Positions 40,901 to 53,300 of a stretch of DNA of 64,000 bases are shown piece after piece. Positions within the stretch are counted from its first letter, which is position 1. Every line of letters begins with the position of its first letter. Position numbers and translations under genes: made by a program. The stretch covers positions 182,606,897-182,670,896 of the forward strand of contig NC_085845.1 in the NCBI RefSeq assembly GCF_035594765.1, given 5' to 3'. Below the pieces are notes generated by a model that worked only from the letters and a program-made list of their open reading frames with translations, was not told the DNA's origin and searched no databases. Source of the DNA: Anolis carolinensis (taxonomy: Eukaryota).

Positions 40901-41350
40901 ATTTCTTACCTGCCTCTCCCTGCGGCTTGACAGTGCTCTCTTTTTTCCTCTCTTTTCTGAACATATTACTGTAGTTAAATCTACTTCTCTTCTAGAGGCT
41001 AAGATTTTCAGCAGATTAAATCTGGAACTCTTTACAGAAACCAGTTATCCTCAGAAATGCAAAAATCCAGGTACTCAGTAGATGCTGACATCTAAAAGAC
41101 TTGAGTTTGGCACTGATTCCTCAGGGTAAAGAATGCTCCTCCCACCTCATGCCTTGCATTTGTAAAATAATTTGCGCACGGGGGATATGCACAGTTCAGC
41201 AGATGAATATTTCCATCTCAAAGGAGCTTTTGTATTTGATTTCCTTTGCTTTTTCGAAATACAACCCTCTTAATAATGGATGGCAAGAGATAGCATAAGA
41301 GCAGAGGAGGAGCAATACCTCTTCTAAGATACTACTACTACTACTACTAC

Positions 41351-41395
<45 letters not shown>

Positions 41396-44300
41396 TTTCT
41401 CTCCATATAGTTTGAGGTGAATTGATTGTACTCCATATGGGTTGAATATGGCAGCAAATTAGAAATATAACCCCAGTTAAAAGTCCTGTTAAAACCAATA
41501 CCTATCAACGATAATCAATACTTACTTTAACATTCATAATTTTAAAACCATCTGGATAGGCCTGCCAAAAGAGTGCTCTTTATTACTGTTTTAAACTCAA
41601 ACTATGTCTTGCTGACAAGTCTTTTCCAATAGGTCATTTCCACAGTATGGGGGTGGTTGCAGAAAATGTCCTCTGGGTAACAGTTGTCAGCCTAGTTTTC
41701 CTTTGGGTAACAATTGTCAGCCTGATTTTAGTGATGATGTATGCATTCATATTTCAGAGTATAATAAATACTTTTCATAAATTGTTGGAGTTTATTTTTT
41801 TTAAAAAAACAACAGAATTAATCAGTCAGTTCCTTGGCTTTCAATATATTTTTAGTTGGTTGATAGCCTTCGAAAAGAATATTTCATCTGCAACTATATT
41901 CCTTTGGAGAAGAGGAATGAATTCCTCACTTGTCTTGCAAATAATGTTATTGTCCAGAAGGAGGAAGAGGCAAGAAAGGGTCAGCCAACAATGGAGTAGA
42001 AGTGGTGGGATTCTTAAGTGGGAGTGACCATGTTCTCCTGGAGTTTGTGATACATGGGGAAAGTGGAATCTAAGAGAAGTCAGACATGCATTCTATACTT
42101 TAGGAGAGTTGGTTACAGGAAAATTATAATTCCATAGACAAGAATACTAAAAGAGAAGGGAGTTAATGATTTCTTAAATGTGAGATGCCGAAGGCACAAT
42201 TGCAAACAGTGCCAACAAGGAGAAAAAATAAGAGAAATTGAAAGAAACCAGAATGGATGTCCAAAGAACTTTCAACTCAGGTAAAATTTAATGGTCTCTT
42301 CCAGCTCCGTGATCCTGCAATTCTATAGTGACTATAGCATTAAATAGTGGCAGCAGCAGTGGGATGGGAAGGATGCCACATTTGAGTTGCCAATTTCTTG
42401 AATGTCTGGCTTTCAATTGGATCAGTGAACAATCAGTGCATTTGTCTTCCTTCCGTTTATGCTGATGGCACCTTTCACTTGCCACCACTTCCTTCACCAC
42501 CATTGTTGGCATAAATATGCCAGCAGAAGTATAAGATTTTGATCTCTCTTCTCTGGAGCTCTGTGTATGCATATACAGTAGAGTCTCACTTATCCAACAT
42601 AAACGGGCCGGCAGAATGTTGGATAAGCGAATATGTTGGATAATAAGGAGGGATTAAGGAAAAGCCTATTAAACATCAAATTAGGTTATGATTTTACAAA
42701 TTAAGCACCACAACATCATGTTATACAACAAATTTGACAGAAAAAGTAGTTCAATACACAGTAATGCTATGTAGTAATTACTATATTTACGAATTTAGCA
42801 CCAAAATATCATGATGTATTGAAAACATTGACTACAAAAATGTGTTGGATAAGTGAGACTCTACTGTACTTGTATTTTGCCAGAACGTGTATTGAATGTT
42901 GAAGCTTTTTATTTTAAGGTATGTTTTATAAATTTTTCTTTAGAGATATATTTTACTCAATTACCTTCACATCTGTCACCTTTTTAGAAACTTCAGGGCA
43001 CAGGTCCTCTGATGTTGACAGAAGAAGAAAAGAGAACGTTGATAGCAGAAGGGTATCCTATCCCTACAAAACTGCCCCTTACAAAAGCCGAAGAGAAAGC
43101 ACTGAAGAAGATCAGGAGGAAAATCAAGAACAAGGTGGTGGCATAAGCCAACTTTGTTATTCTTATGTCTCTTCAAGTTAGTGTTTCTAAAAGGCTTGGA
43201 ATTGTAATCATTTTTCAGTCCTGTTTGTTGTTCTCCTTAGTATTGTTGGAGCATCTGCTTGCTATAAACTGTCTCTTCCTTTGACTTGCAGATCTCTGCT
43301 CAAGAGAGCAGGAGGAAAAAGAAAGAATATATGGACAGCCTGGAAAAAAAGTAAGTTTGCCAGAATACGTCATATAATGATTGCCGTGAATGGTGCAGAA
43401 AAGATAGATGGAAATACAAGAACCTATATATGGCTCAGTGATAATGGATGGTTTTTATGCATTGAAGCTCAAATTCAGTCCCTGACATCTCTGGTTCAAA
43501 GGTTTTCTATGGGATGCTAGAAAAACTCATCTGAGATGAGGCTACAGTAAACTGGTGATACATGCCAGCCGTCTGACTTATTTAAAGGCAGCTATGTATG
43601 TTCGCAAAGATTTCCAGCTGTTTATGAATAGTTCCTTTGCTGGTTTGGGATGCCTGCAAAGACAACCAACATGGCTACAAGGGCTTAGATGCATGTGTGA
43701 GCATGTGGTGTGTCATGCCCTCTAGCGGCTATATTGGAGGGAAAAACCTTTTATCATAGATAAAAAAAGTGCTGAGAGATGCTACACAGATGGCAGTTAT
43801 TCAGGGACACGGAGATGAATAACACCTTAGGGAAGTGACTTTTTAAGACTCCTACGGGAAAAGAGATTCCACATAAGCATTAGGAATCACTCCCTGATGG
43901 TTAAAGCTGTTCAACAGTGGAATTTGCTGCCTTGGAGTATGGTGGAGTCTACTTCTTTGGAGGTGTTTAAACAGAGGTTGAATGGCCATCTGATGGGAAT
44001 GCTTTGATTGTGTATTTCTGTCTGGAAAAATGGGATTGGACTAGATGGCCATTGTGATTTCTTTGAACTATGTGATTATATGGTTCTGTAATTCATCTAG
44101 GATATCCTTCTACTCCTATTTTCTACTCCTACTCCCTGTTCAAGCAGCTCCACTGGCTGCCGATAATATTCTGGGCCCAATTCAAGGTGCAGGTTATTAC
44201 CTATAAAGCTCTAAGCGGTTCGGGACCTGCCTATCTTCGTGACCGCGTCGTCCCCTATGAACCCACCCGATCGCTGAGATCCTCCAGGGAGGCCCTCCTC

Positions 44301-47300
44301 TCACTTCCACCCTCCTCACAACTGCGTTTGGTAGGGACAAGAGAGAGGGCCTTCTCGGCCGTGGCTCCCCGACTCTGGAACTCCCTCCCCAGGGAGATTA
44401 GGTTGGCTCCCTCTCTACCTTCCTTCAGGAAGCAACTGAAGACTTGGATGTTTCGGCAGGCCTTCGGAGATAGTCATTAATTAATCAGCCCCAGTGGGTT
44501 TTTAATAATTTATCCTGTTTTTATTACGGTCTTACCATTTATGTGTTTTAAATGAGATTTTTATCTTGTATTGTTGTTTATAATGATATATTGTATTATT
44601 GTTTTATCTTTTTATATTGTGATTGTATTGTGTTGCTTATATTTTGTTCTTATGTTGTTTGGGCCACTGTCCCATGTAAGCTGCCCCGAGTCCCCGTGGG
44701 GAGATGGTGGCGGGATATAAATAAAGTATTATTATTGTTATTATTATTATTATTATTATTTTAGACTCCCAAGTTTCAAGAATGACTGGGAAATTCTGGG
44801 AGTGTAATTGCCACATTTCCCAAGCTCTGGGGGTAACATTATAAAGTTGTCTCTATATTCAGTACCTGTGTTGTGACCTGTGAGCTGGTGAAATAAGACT
44901 GTTTTCCCCAGTTGTCTTGAGCTTTTATTGTCAGAATCAAGGGCTGGTGGCAAATTTTTGTGCCTGACAGCAGCCCAGGAAGTAATTTTTTGTCAGGTCA
45001 AATTCAGACCTTTTGTCTAAATTTATTATGTATTTCCTAGGGTTGAGACCTGCTCAAATGAGAACAGTGAGCTTCGCAAGAAAGTTGAAGTGCTGGAGAA
45101 CACAAACAGGTAAGACCATAAAACTACAAGAAATATATTGGAATCCTCTCTTCTAGGTCGTCTTTCTTGAATTACCTGCAGATTTCATAAGCATTATTTT
45201 GAGTTGTTCATGGACAGATCCCTGCTGCTATTGATTTTTTATCACAAGAAAGGCATAATGTTTCATTATCATATTTATATTTACATATTGCTCTTCCAAG
45301 GAGCCTAGGTAGCGTCTCCCTTTTCCCCTCTCATTATATCTTTAGAACAACCCTGTGAGATTGCTTGGCCTTATGTTACCTGGTGAGCTTCATGTCTTGA
45401 TGTGGATGAGAAACAGAGCAAATGCTGTTGCTAGCTAATGTATTTCCACTTTTTAATTTCTGAATGATATATAGACACCTAGGTTAATCCCATTATTTCA
45501 TTGGATCCACTCTAGTTTGGACTAGCATATGGATTTAGGCACAAATTTTCCCAGTCTGGGGTTCAACCACCATACTACATTGGCTTTTTATTTGTCCTTT
45601 TAAAAATGTAACTTTTTATCACTTTTCCAAGCAGTGATTGGGAACAAATGTAAAGCAGGCATCGTTAATCTCAAAATTCCAAACCAATAAATATGAGTAG
45701 CTCTATAGTTTTGTAATGACTTATTTTCTGAAATAAAATAAAATAGAAATTGGCTTTTCCAGAAATATTTGAAACTTATAGGAATGATATAGACTTTGGC
45801 ATAAAACCTTTCTTTTAAAACATAGATACAACAAATCTTGAAAATTGCAGTGTGTCATATACCAATCCTTTCCCCCTGCATAAGCATCCAGTGCAGGGTT
45901 AAACAATAAAGAAGGGGCAGCGAGAAATATTCCTGCCTTTCCTACCAGGAATGGCTTTGCTCTTTGATTGTGCGGCTGAGTTCTGTCATCTTTCTTCACT
46001 GTGACCGATTTAAAAGTAGTGAAGGAATGTGGTATATATATTTTAAAAGCACCTAGATAGCAGAATGTAGTCATGCATTTCTCGGATGAAAGTGATAGCA
46101 GAGAAGTGGCAGTAATGGGGATATCCTTTTGATGATAAAAGGCCTTGAAGTGGTTGTAGAGTTTGACTGGCAGTCAAAATGTATTACTAATCGGATACAA
46201 GCGTTGTTTCTAATCTCCAGATCTCATATTGTGGAGGCAGTCCCAGGGTTCATTGTCTCCCACACACAACTTTTGTGCTCAAGGCAGAACGTAGTGTTAC
46301 CATAGCAAGCATGGGTACCCATACTTACATTTGTTGAAATAACGTGGGGGCAGAGGAAGAATTTGTAAGGAGAAATTGGCAGGTTGAAGGCTAAGGGGCT
46401 TAAATGTTCTTGCATCTGTTGATTTCTGAAAGCCTGAACTTTCTTTGAGATCCTAGTTGGGACTCAAGAATTAACCAAGATGGTCCTCCAAGCAAATAGT
46501 GCGATGGTGAAGAGCAAAACAGGGGATGTGAGAACTAGCCCTCTGTAAGTTCCTGGAGATCTCTTACCAGTCAGCTGAAAGTCAGCTAGATGGACAAATA
46601 GCCCCAAGTGGTTTAAGATTATCCCCATATTCCTGAATTGCAAAGCCTGGAAAAATTACCCATTTCAACTTCAACCTCTAATCTGCCAAGTTGGCTATTT
46701 GTCATGATAAAATTTTAGGAGCTGTATTCAGAAAAGTCACTTTTTCCAAGATTTGCTTAATTGTAGTTGATATAAATGTCAGTATGTTTGCTGAGGCTTC
46801 ACCATAGAACTTCAATTTGTTTCTTTATTTTTTTTAGTTCTTTAAACTTTGATTTTTGGTAAAATAGCTTTTAAATATACTGGGAAAAGATCAGTATTAA
46901 GATAGTTTTTTTCTGGCCATAAGCAATGCCTTTTTAAAAATTCCTCTGAGAAAAAACCCTTCAGATTTCTCCAAAGTAACTTTTAACTGAAGTTTTGCAT
47001 TGTGTAAAATAGTCTATGTTTATCACAATAATAAATAAAAGTTAGGGAAGTACTTTTATGCAGTTAACGGAACATCTTAATATCTTCAAATTTTGTTATT
47101 TGAATTTGCTAGTAAAACATTCCAATTTCTACATGTGAGTGCCTACTGCAGTCTCATTAAAACGGAATAAATATTGCTTTTGATGTCTTCAGTGAGATAC
47201 AACTTTCTGGTTATTTTCTCTCTATTAGATTTTTCCACAAATCAAGCTGTGAATTTAAAATCTCACCAACCTTTGATCCTTCATTTTAATAAAAATGCTA

Positions 47301-50300
47301 CAGGAATATTTGTATTCTTCTAGTAGTGACCATGTAAATAATGTGTTGTTTGTTTTTATCTGCTGCTTTCTCTGTTGTTCACCAATTCAGCTAAGTTCCT
47401 GTGTACATGGAAACTGTGTAAGCCAGGAATGGGCAAAAATATTAAATCCACTTTAGCAGCATCCAATATCCTGCCACCAAATTTGTGGCCACACAACTTC
47501 ATGACAACATCATGGCAGTGGCACCCCTCCTGTTGTCATGCATCTTGCTTTATATTAAACTGCTTTATAAACAAACTGCCAGCACATTGCCACTATTACA
47601 GAATTCACTATGAATGGCTACCCAGTTTCTGTTATAAACCTCCAGTGATGGAGGAGACATTATTTTATGAGGTAGTCTGTTCTCAGTATCAATCACTTCA
47701 AATTCCTAAGGTGTTCTGTTTAGTCAAAGAACGCTCATGGGATGAGCTTGTTCAACAGTAGAACATGATTGCCTTGGCAAATTCGGGTTGCTCCTACATT
47801 AGAGGATGTAATCAGAAGCCAGATGACCATCTCTCCAGGCTGCTTTAGCTGAGGATTTCCTGCATTGGCAACATAGAGTATTAGATGACATTTAAGGTCC
47901 TTCTGTGAAGGAACAGATGTATTAGTAGAGTTATTCCCTATTTTGTGCACTGAACAAAACTGCAAAGTATTTTCTCTAGGGACAGAGTGATTGCACCAGG
48001 GCTTAATGTCGGGAAGGAAAGCTGAACCCAGGTCTTCCCAGTCCATGTCAGGCATTGAGTCAAGTAGATACTATTGGTCTTTTTTGTTAAAGTCTTTAAG
48101 CTGAAGCTGTTTAAATCCTTTGATTTGCACTTCACCTAGCATACCCACGGAGCTAAATGAAAAAGTTAAGTGGAAGGGCAGAAGACTTATTTTCACACTG
48201 CAAAGCTGTGACACAGCTGAGTTTCCATTGGCAAGAGAAAAACAAAGATATGGCGCTTTGGAGGAGGTGATTCCTTAATTGAATTGCACCCACAAAGTGT
48301 GTTATACCAAGAGTGAAAGGATGCCATTTCTGCAGCTGTAATGCATCGGGGCTTGAGCTTTACACTCTTGCCTCTTCTCTTCCTTGTTAATATATTAATG
48401 TATTTACTCAATCAATGTCTTATTGACCTTCAAGGAGGTATATAGTTGGGTCCATTTCCTCTTTCTCTCTTTAATGGCTTCTCACTCCAACCACCTCTTC
48501 CATTTTCAGTACAGAGTTGCCAAAATAAGATGTTATTAATAAACTGAGAAGAGTCTTCTCTGTGGAAGAGCAAGCCTTCTGACCTTGAGTTATCTCCTCC
48601 CACATTTTATGTCCAAACTAAAGCATTAAGAGTTCAAAAGAACTTTCAGTCTAACCATATAGGGCAACCACAATCAGGCACATGTTGTCATCTCAATTTC
48701 TTTCTATTGATTTGATAGTTGTCTCTGAGTATTTTAGGAACACTGAGAACTGATTTATACTAAATCAGATTATTTTTTTCATCTGGCCCATTATTGTTCT
48801 TTCTGACTTGACTTTGCATATTCTTTGGTAAATGGCCCTTCCCAGCACCAGCTATGCTCTAACTCGGTGGTTCTCAACGTGTGGGTCCCCAGGTGCTTTG
48901 GCCTTCAACTCCCAGAAATCTTAACAGCTGGTAAACTAGCTGGGATTTCTGGGAGTTGTAGGCCAAAAAACGTGGGAATCCACAGATTGAGAACCACTGC
49001 TCTAGCTTAAAAGTGTCCATAATTGAATCTGGTATCTTCTGCATATATACATTCATTTGCCATACACAGTGTGGTGTACAAGCATAGTTCATGTATTTCT
49101 GATCATGTAATGTGATAGAAAAAAATGAACAGAATGATTACTAACACCATTGACCATACTAGCTGTGGGATACTGGGGCTTTTAGTCCAAAAAAAACCTT
49201 TTCAGTGTTCTTGCCAATGGTTTCAGTAGTGATCAAAACAGCTGAGAGATGGAGCTCATCATAAGTTTTTTCTATGGGGTACCCTCAAAAGTTAGGAATT
49301 TTTGACGCCTGGTTTTTACCTGCTGGTTCAGACGCAATGCATTAAACCAGTGGTTCCTAAACTTATTTGGCCTACCACCCCCTTTCCAGAAAAAATATTA
49401 CTCAGCACCCCCTGGAAATTTAAAAATATTTTAATAGCAATTAAACAGAAAGATATATGTATTAATGTTTCTACCTTTTTCATAAAATACAGTAAAGAAA
49501 GGTGTAAATTAGAAACATTGAAGTTTGACATTATGAAACTATTTTTTGAACTCAGAATAGAAAGGTAATACAGTTATTCATTGCCCCCAAATGCACCTGT
49601 GGTCATCACCGCCCCGCCCCCCCTCCCCCTGGATTGCTGCAGCGCCCACCAGGGGGCGGTAGCACCCACTTTGGGAATCACTGCATTAAATCATGCAGTT
49701 TTCCTATATTTGTCTCCAGATGTGTCAGTACAGAGACTTTTCAAGGAATACACTAGGCTTATAAAGGGGCTTGTAGCATCACCCAGGACAGATAGGAGCT
49801 AGATCTAAAATAAACTGTGGAGAACAAAAGTTTACAACCTTGCAATACTTTAATGTCCAAAATTCCTCATGGCCAGCAAGGAATGTGGGAGTTACCTGAA
49901 TCAAAGCTCATTCCACTGCCATCACAGGCCCCTTCTACACTGACATAAAATCCAGATTCTTAAAGCAGATAATTCACATCTGATTTAAACAGGATTATAT
50001 GAGTCTACACTGCCATATAATCCAATTCAAAACAGATAATTTGATTGTATATAGCAATGTAGGTGGGGCCACAACTCAGTTTAACACCTCAAGAAAGATG
50101 CAGTTCCATGAGCCTCTATCATCACATTTCTTCCCAAAAATTATTTTTAACATCAATGCCTGATTATGATGATGAATAAGAAGCCTGTGAACTTTGCCAG
50201 CTTGTATAATGCATTTTGGGTCTTTGGTTGGCCTAATAATGGTGTTTTTTGTATTCTGCTGTTCTTCCCTTTTCCTACGTTCTTTTCCAATCAAACTCCA

Positions 50301-53300
50301 AGCCTGTATAGTTCTAAGCAAGGCTTGGCATGGGGGCTGATTTTTACAGCAGATAACAAAGAGGATCCCTGCTGAATCAAATCGAAAGCCTGTCAGATCC
50401 AACTTTCTCATATTGGCCAGCTTAGTCCCTCTGGAAAGCATGATAAGTAGGTTCCATATTACTTAATAATTGTACAAAAAGTTCAGCCTGTTCCTTACTG
50501 GGACTTTTTGGGTGCTAATTTAAGCCTGAACTTCTAGAGTCCTTGGATTCATTTACACTCTAATTAGACAGGCAGATATAAATGCAGCTATAATGGTACC
50601 TTTGGGAATGTATGTCCTACAACTGGGCTTAAAAAGTATGTTCTTTTTTAAAAAATAGGTGTGGGTATTAGTGCTTTTTCATTTTTTATGTTAATCATTA
50701 TTAGAAGAACATGGTGGTATGTGGGGACAGTCTTAGTTTAAAACATGGTACTGAGCATGTGAAGAAAATCTTGTGTACCACTGAAAGTGTTGGGTATCTC
50801 TATTTTTGGATCGACTTCTCATTTTTAACTTTGTAAGTAAAATCATAAGAACACATCATGCTGGATAAAACTGCTTAGGTGCTCACGCTATTCCATGGAT
50901 CAACTGTTGCTGTTTCTCCTCTGCCTTATGTGGGTGGGAGAGTGTGTATCATTACTGACAGGCCTCAGTGAATTGGAATCCTAAAATATCCTATAAATCT
51001 GACAGAGCATAAGGACCAGGAATAGGAGTGATATGAGAAGAAAGGGGGCTGGGGTAGAAAAAAATAACTTCAACCACATGCTGCAAAGCTATTCTATGGA
51101 ATAGGCTGTTTAGAGATAGAAATGGAAGCCAGTTCTGACTGCTTTAAAAGGGAGGATAGACAAATGGAAGTTATGAGAGATCAACGGTCCATAGCTATAG
51201 TATCAAATGAGAGATCAACGATCCATAGCTATAGTATCAAATATACATGAGCATTTAGGTTTGCTTCCTCCAGCACTTTACAGATGAAAAATCTGATACG
51301 TATAGCCAAGCAACATCAGAGTGTGGTCAAGATGGTAAAAGGTATTAATGAGGAAGAACACGCAAGCTGGGTAAATTCCAAATGGTTTGCTTTTGCCTGG
51401 TCTACAGGGACAACAATGTTCTACCCCTTCTATTCTCTTTCTCCCCTGCTGAGCTAATTGAAGTGCAAACTACTTTTGCACTTTGAACACTGTGTGCAAC
51501 AACATGGAGTAAACTGTGGGCAAAGCAGGAAGTAGGAAGAGGAAAGAGAAAATGGGACATTTGAAAAGCAGCCAAAAAAAAGGGACAATTGAAGATTAAT
51601 TGTGACTATCCCTGTTAAACTAGGACAGTTGGAGCATATGAGAGGATGCCAATATGCTCATATTCTGCTTAAACTTCCTGTAGAAATCTTGTTTGGTTAT
51701 AGGATGGATCTAGCACAGTTCTTCTTCCCTCCTGATATATGTCTCCAATATATTATGATTCCTATTGGTGTTTCACTTGCTTTCAGAACACTCCTGCAGC
51801 AACTGCAGAGACTCCAAGCCATGGTGGCTGGCAAAGTGTCACGCTCATGTAAAGCTGCAAGCACACAAACAGGGACCTGCATCATGGTAAGATGATCCCC
51901 TCTGTTGCATTCCCTCAGAACTTGGAAAAGTTATTAATTTCTTTTGCGCAATGGCTTCCAGAATCCTCAGTCAACATGGCCATGCAACTAGAGGAGCTAT
52001 GGTATATCCGTGTCGATGNNNNNNNNNNNNNNNNNNNNNNNNNNNNNNNNNNNNNNNNNNNNNNNNNNNNNNNNNNNNNNNNNNNNNNNNNNNNNNNNNN
52101 NNNNNNNNNNNNNNNNNNNNNNNNNNNNNNNNNNNNNNNNNNNNNNNNATCCAGACTGACAAAGTTCTGGAACACAATACACCAGACATCACAGTTGTGG
52201 AAAAGAACAAGGTTTGGATAATTGATGTTGCCATCCCAGGTGACAGTCGCATTGACGAAAAACAACAGGAAAAACTCAGCCGCTATCAGGACCTCAAGAT
52301 TGAACTGCAAAGACTCTGGCAGAAACCAGTGCAGGTGGTCCCGGTGGTGATGGGCACACTGGGTGCCGTGCCGAAAGATCTCAGCCGGCATTTGGAAACA
52401 ATAGACATTGACAAAATCACGATCTGCCAACTGCAAAAGGCCACCCTGCTGGGATCTGCACGCATCATCCGAAAATACATCACACAGTCCTAGACACTTG
52501 GGAAGTGTTCGACTTGTGATTTTGTGAAACGAAACCCAGCATATCTATCTTGTTTGCTGTGTCATACAACGTCGTTGTGTCAATAATAATAATAATAATA
52601 AATTCAAATGTCTATTTTTTTCTTCATACACTGCTTTTTGATCTAATCCAGAAGAATGCAAAGTGTAACCTGTATGTGTAACGGGGCCACAGCATTCCAT
52701 TTCTGCTTACTCTGGCATTTGGGCACAGACGTTTGATATGAACCAAGAATCTGGTACTGTGAGGCAGTGTTCGGCTTTGCAATGTCACCTTCTTAGACTA
52801 CAACTCCCAGAATCCCCCTACTATCTTGGCCACTGCTAGACCTTAACTTTCTTAAGTGACAGAATATGTTGACTCAGAGGCTGGCTGCTCTGAAAAAAGC
52901 CAATTTTGTTGAAGAAAATTGTTCCATTAATTTAAATTACCTGTCTGTTTTTTCTTGTCTTGTTCTGTCCTGAAATAATTGTCTTATATTTATTGTGTGG
53001 GTTTCCCTTCTCTACAATTGCATGCCTGAATGATTTCTTTTAAAAATAAAAATTAATAGTAAATATATGTTTTGGTTATGCCCCATGTGATAAGCTGATT
53101 TTGATTAACTTTGCTGGAGAAGAAAACCACCTTTTTGTACTTTTCCTTTTCTTGTGCTGGGAACATTGAAACACAAGATTCCATCAGCTGCATTGTGAAA
53201 TGCTTTTGTCCATGAGATCTGTTCCATCTTCCCATAGATCAGTTTTACATATTAGATCAAATCTGAATGTGCTTCCATTTCCTTACTGTAATAATTCAAC

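Noticed and set aside
41196-41498. Poly-Ile/Ser ORF (and poly-Leu ORFs at 28919 and 44552) as membrane proteins
   Set aside because: Translations of trinucleotide microsatellite tails of retroposons.
42921-43520. ORFs 42921-43181 and 43281-43520 as separate genes
   Set aside because: They are alternative-frame shadows of exons 6 and 7.
51892-52493. Long ORFs spanning the N run
   Set aside because: Artefacts of translating through the gap; only 52149-52493 is real R4-type coding sequence.
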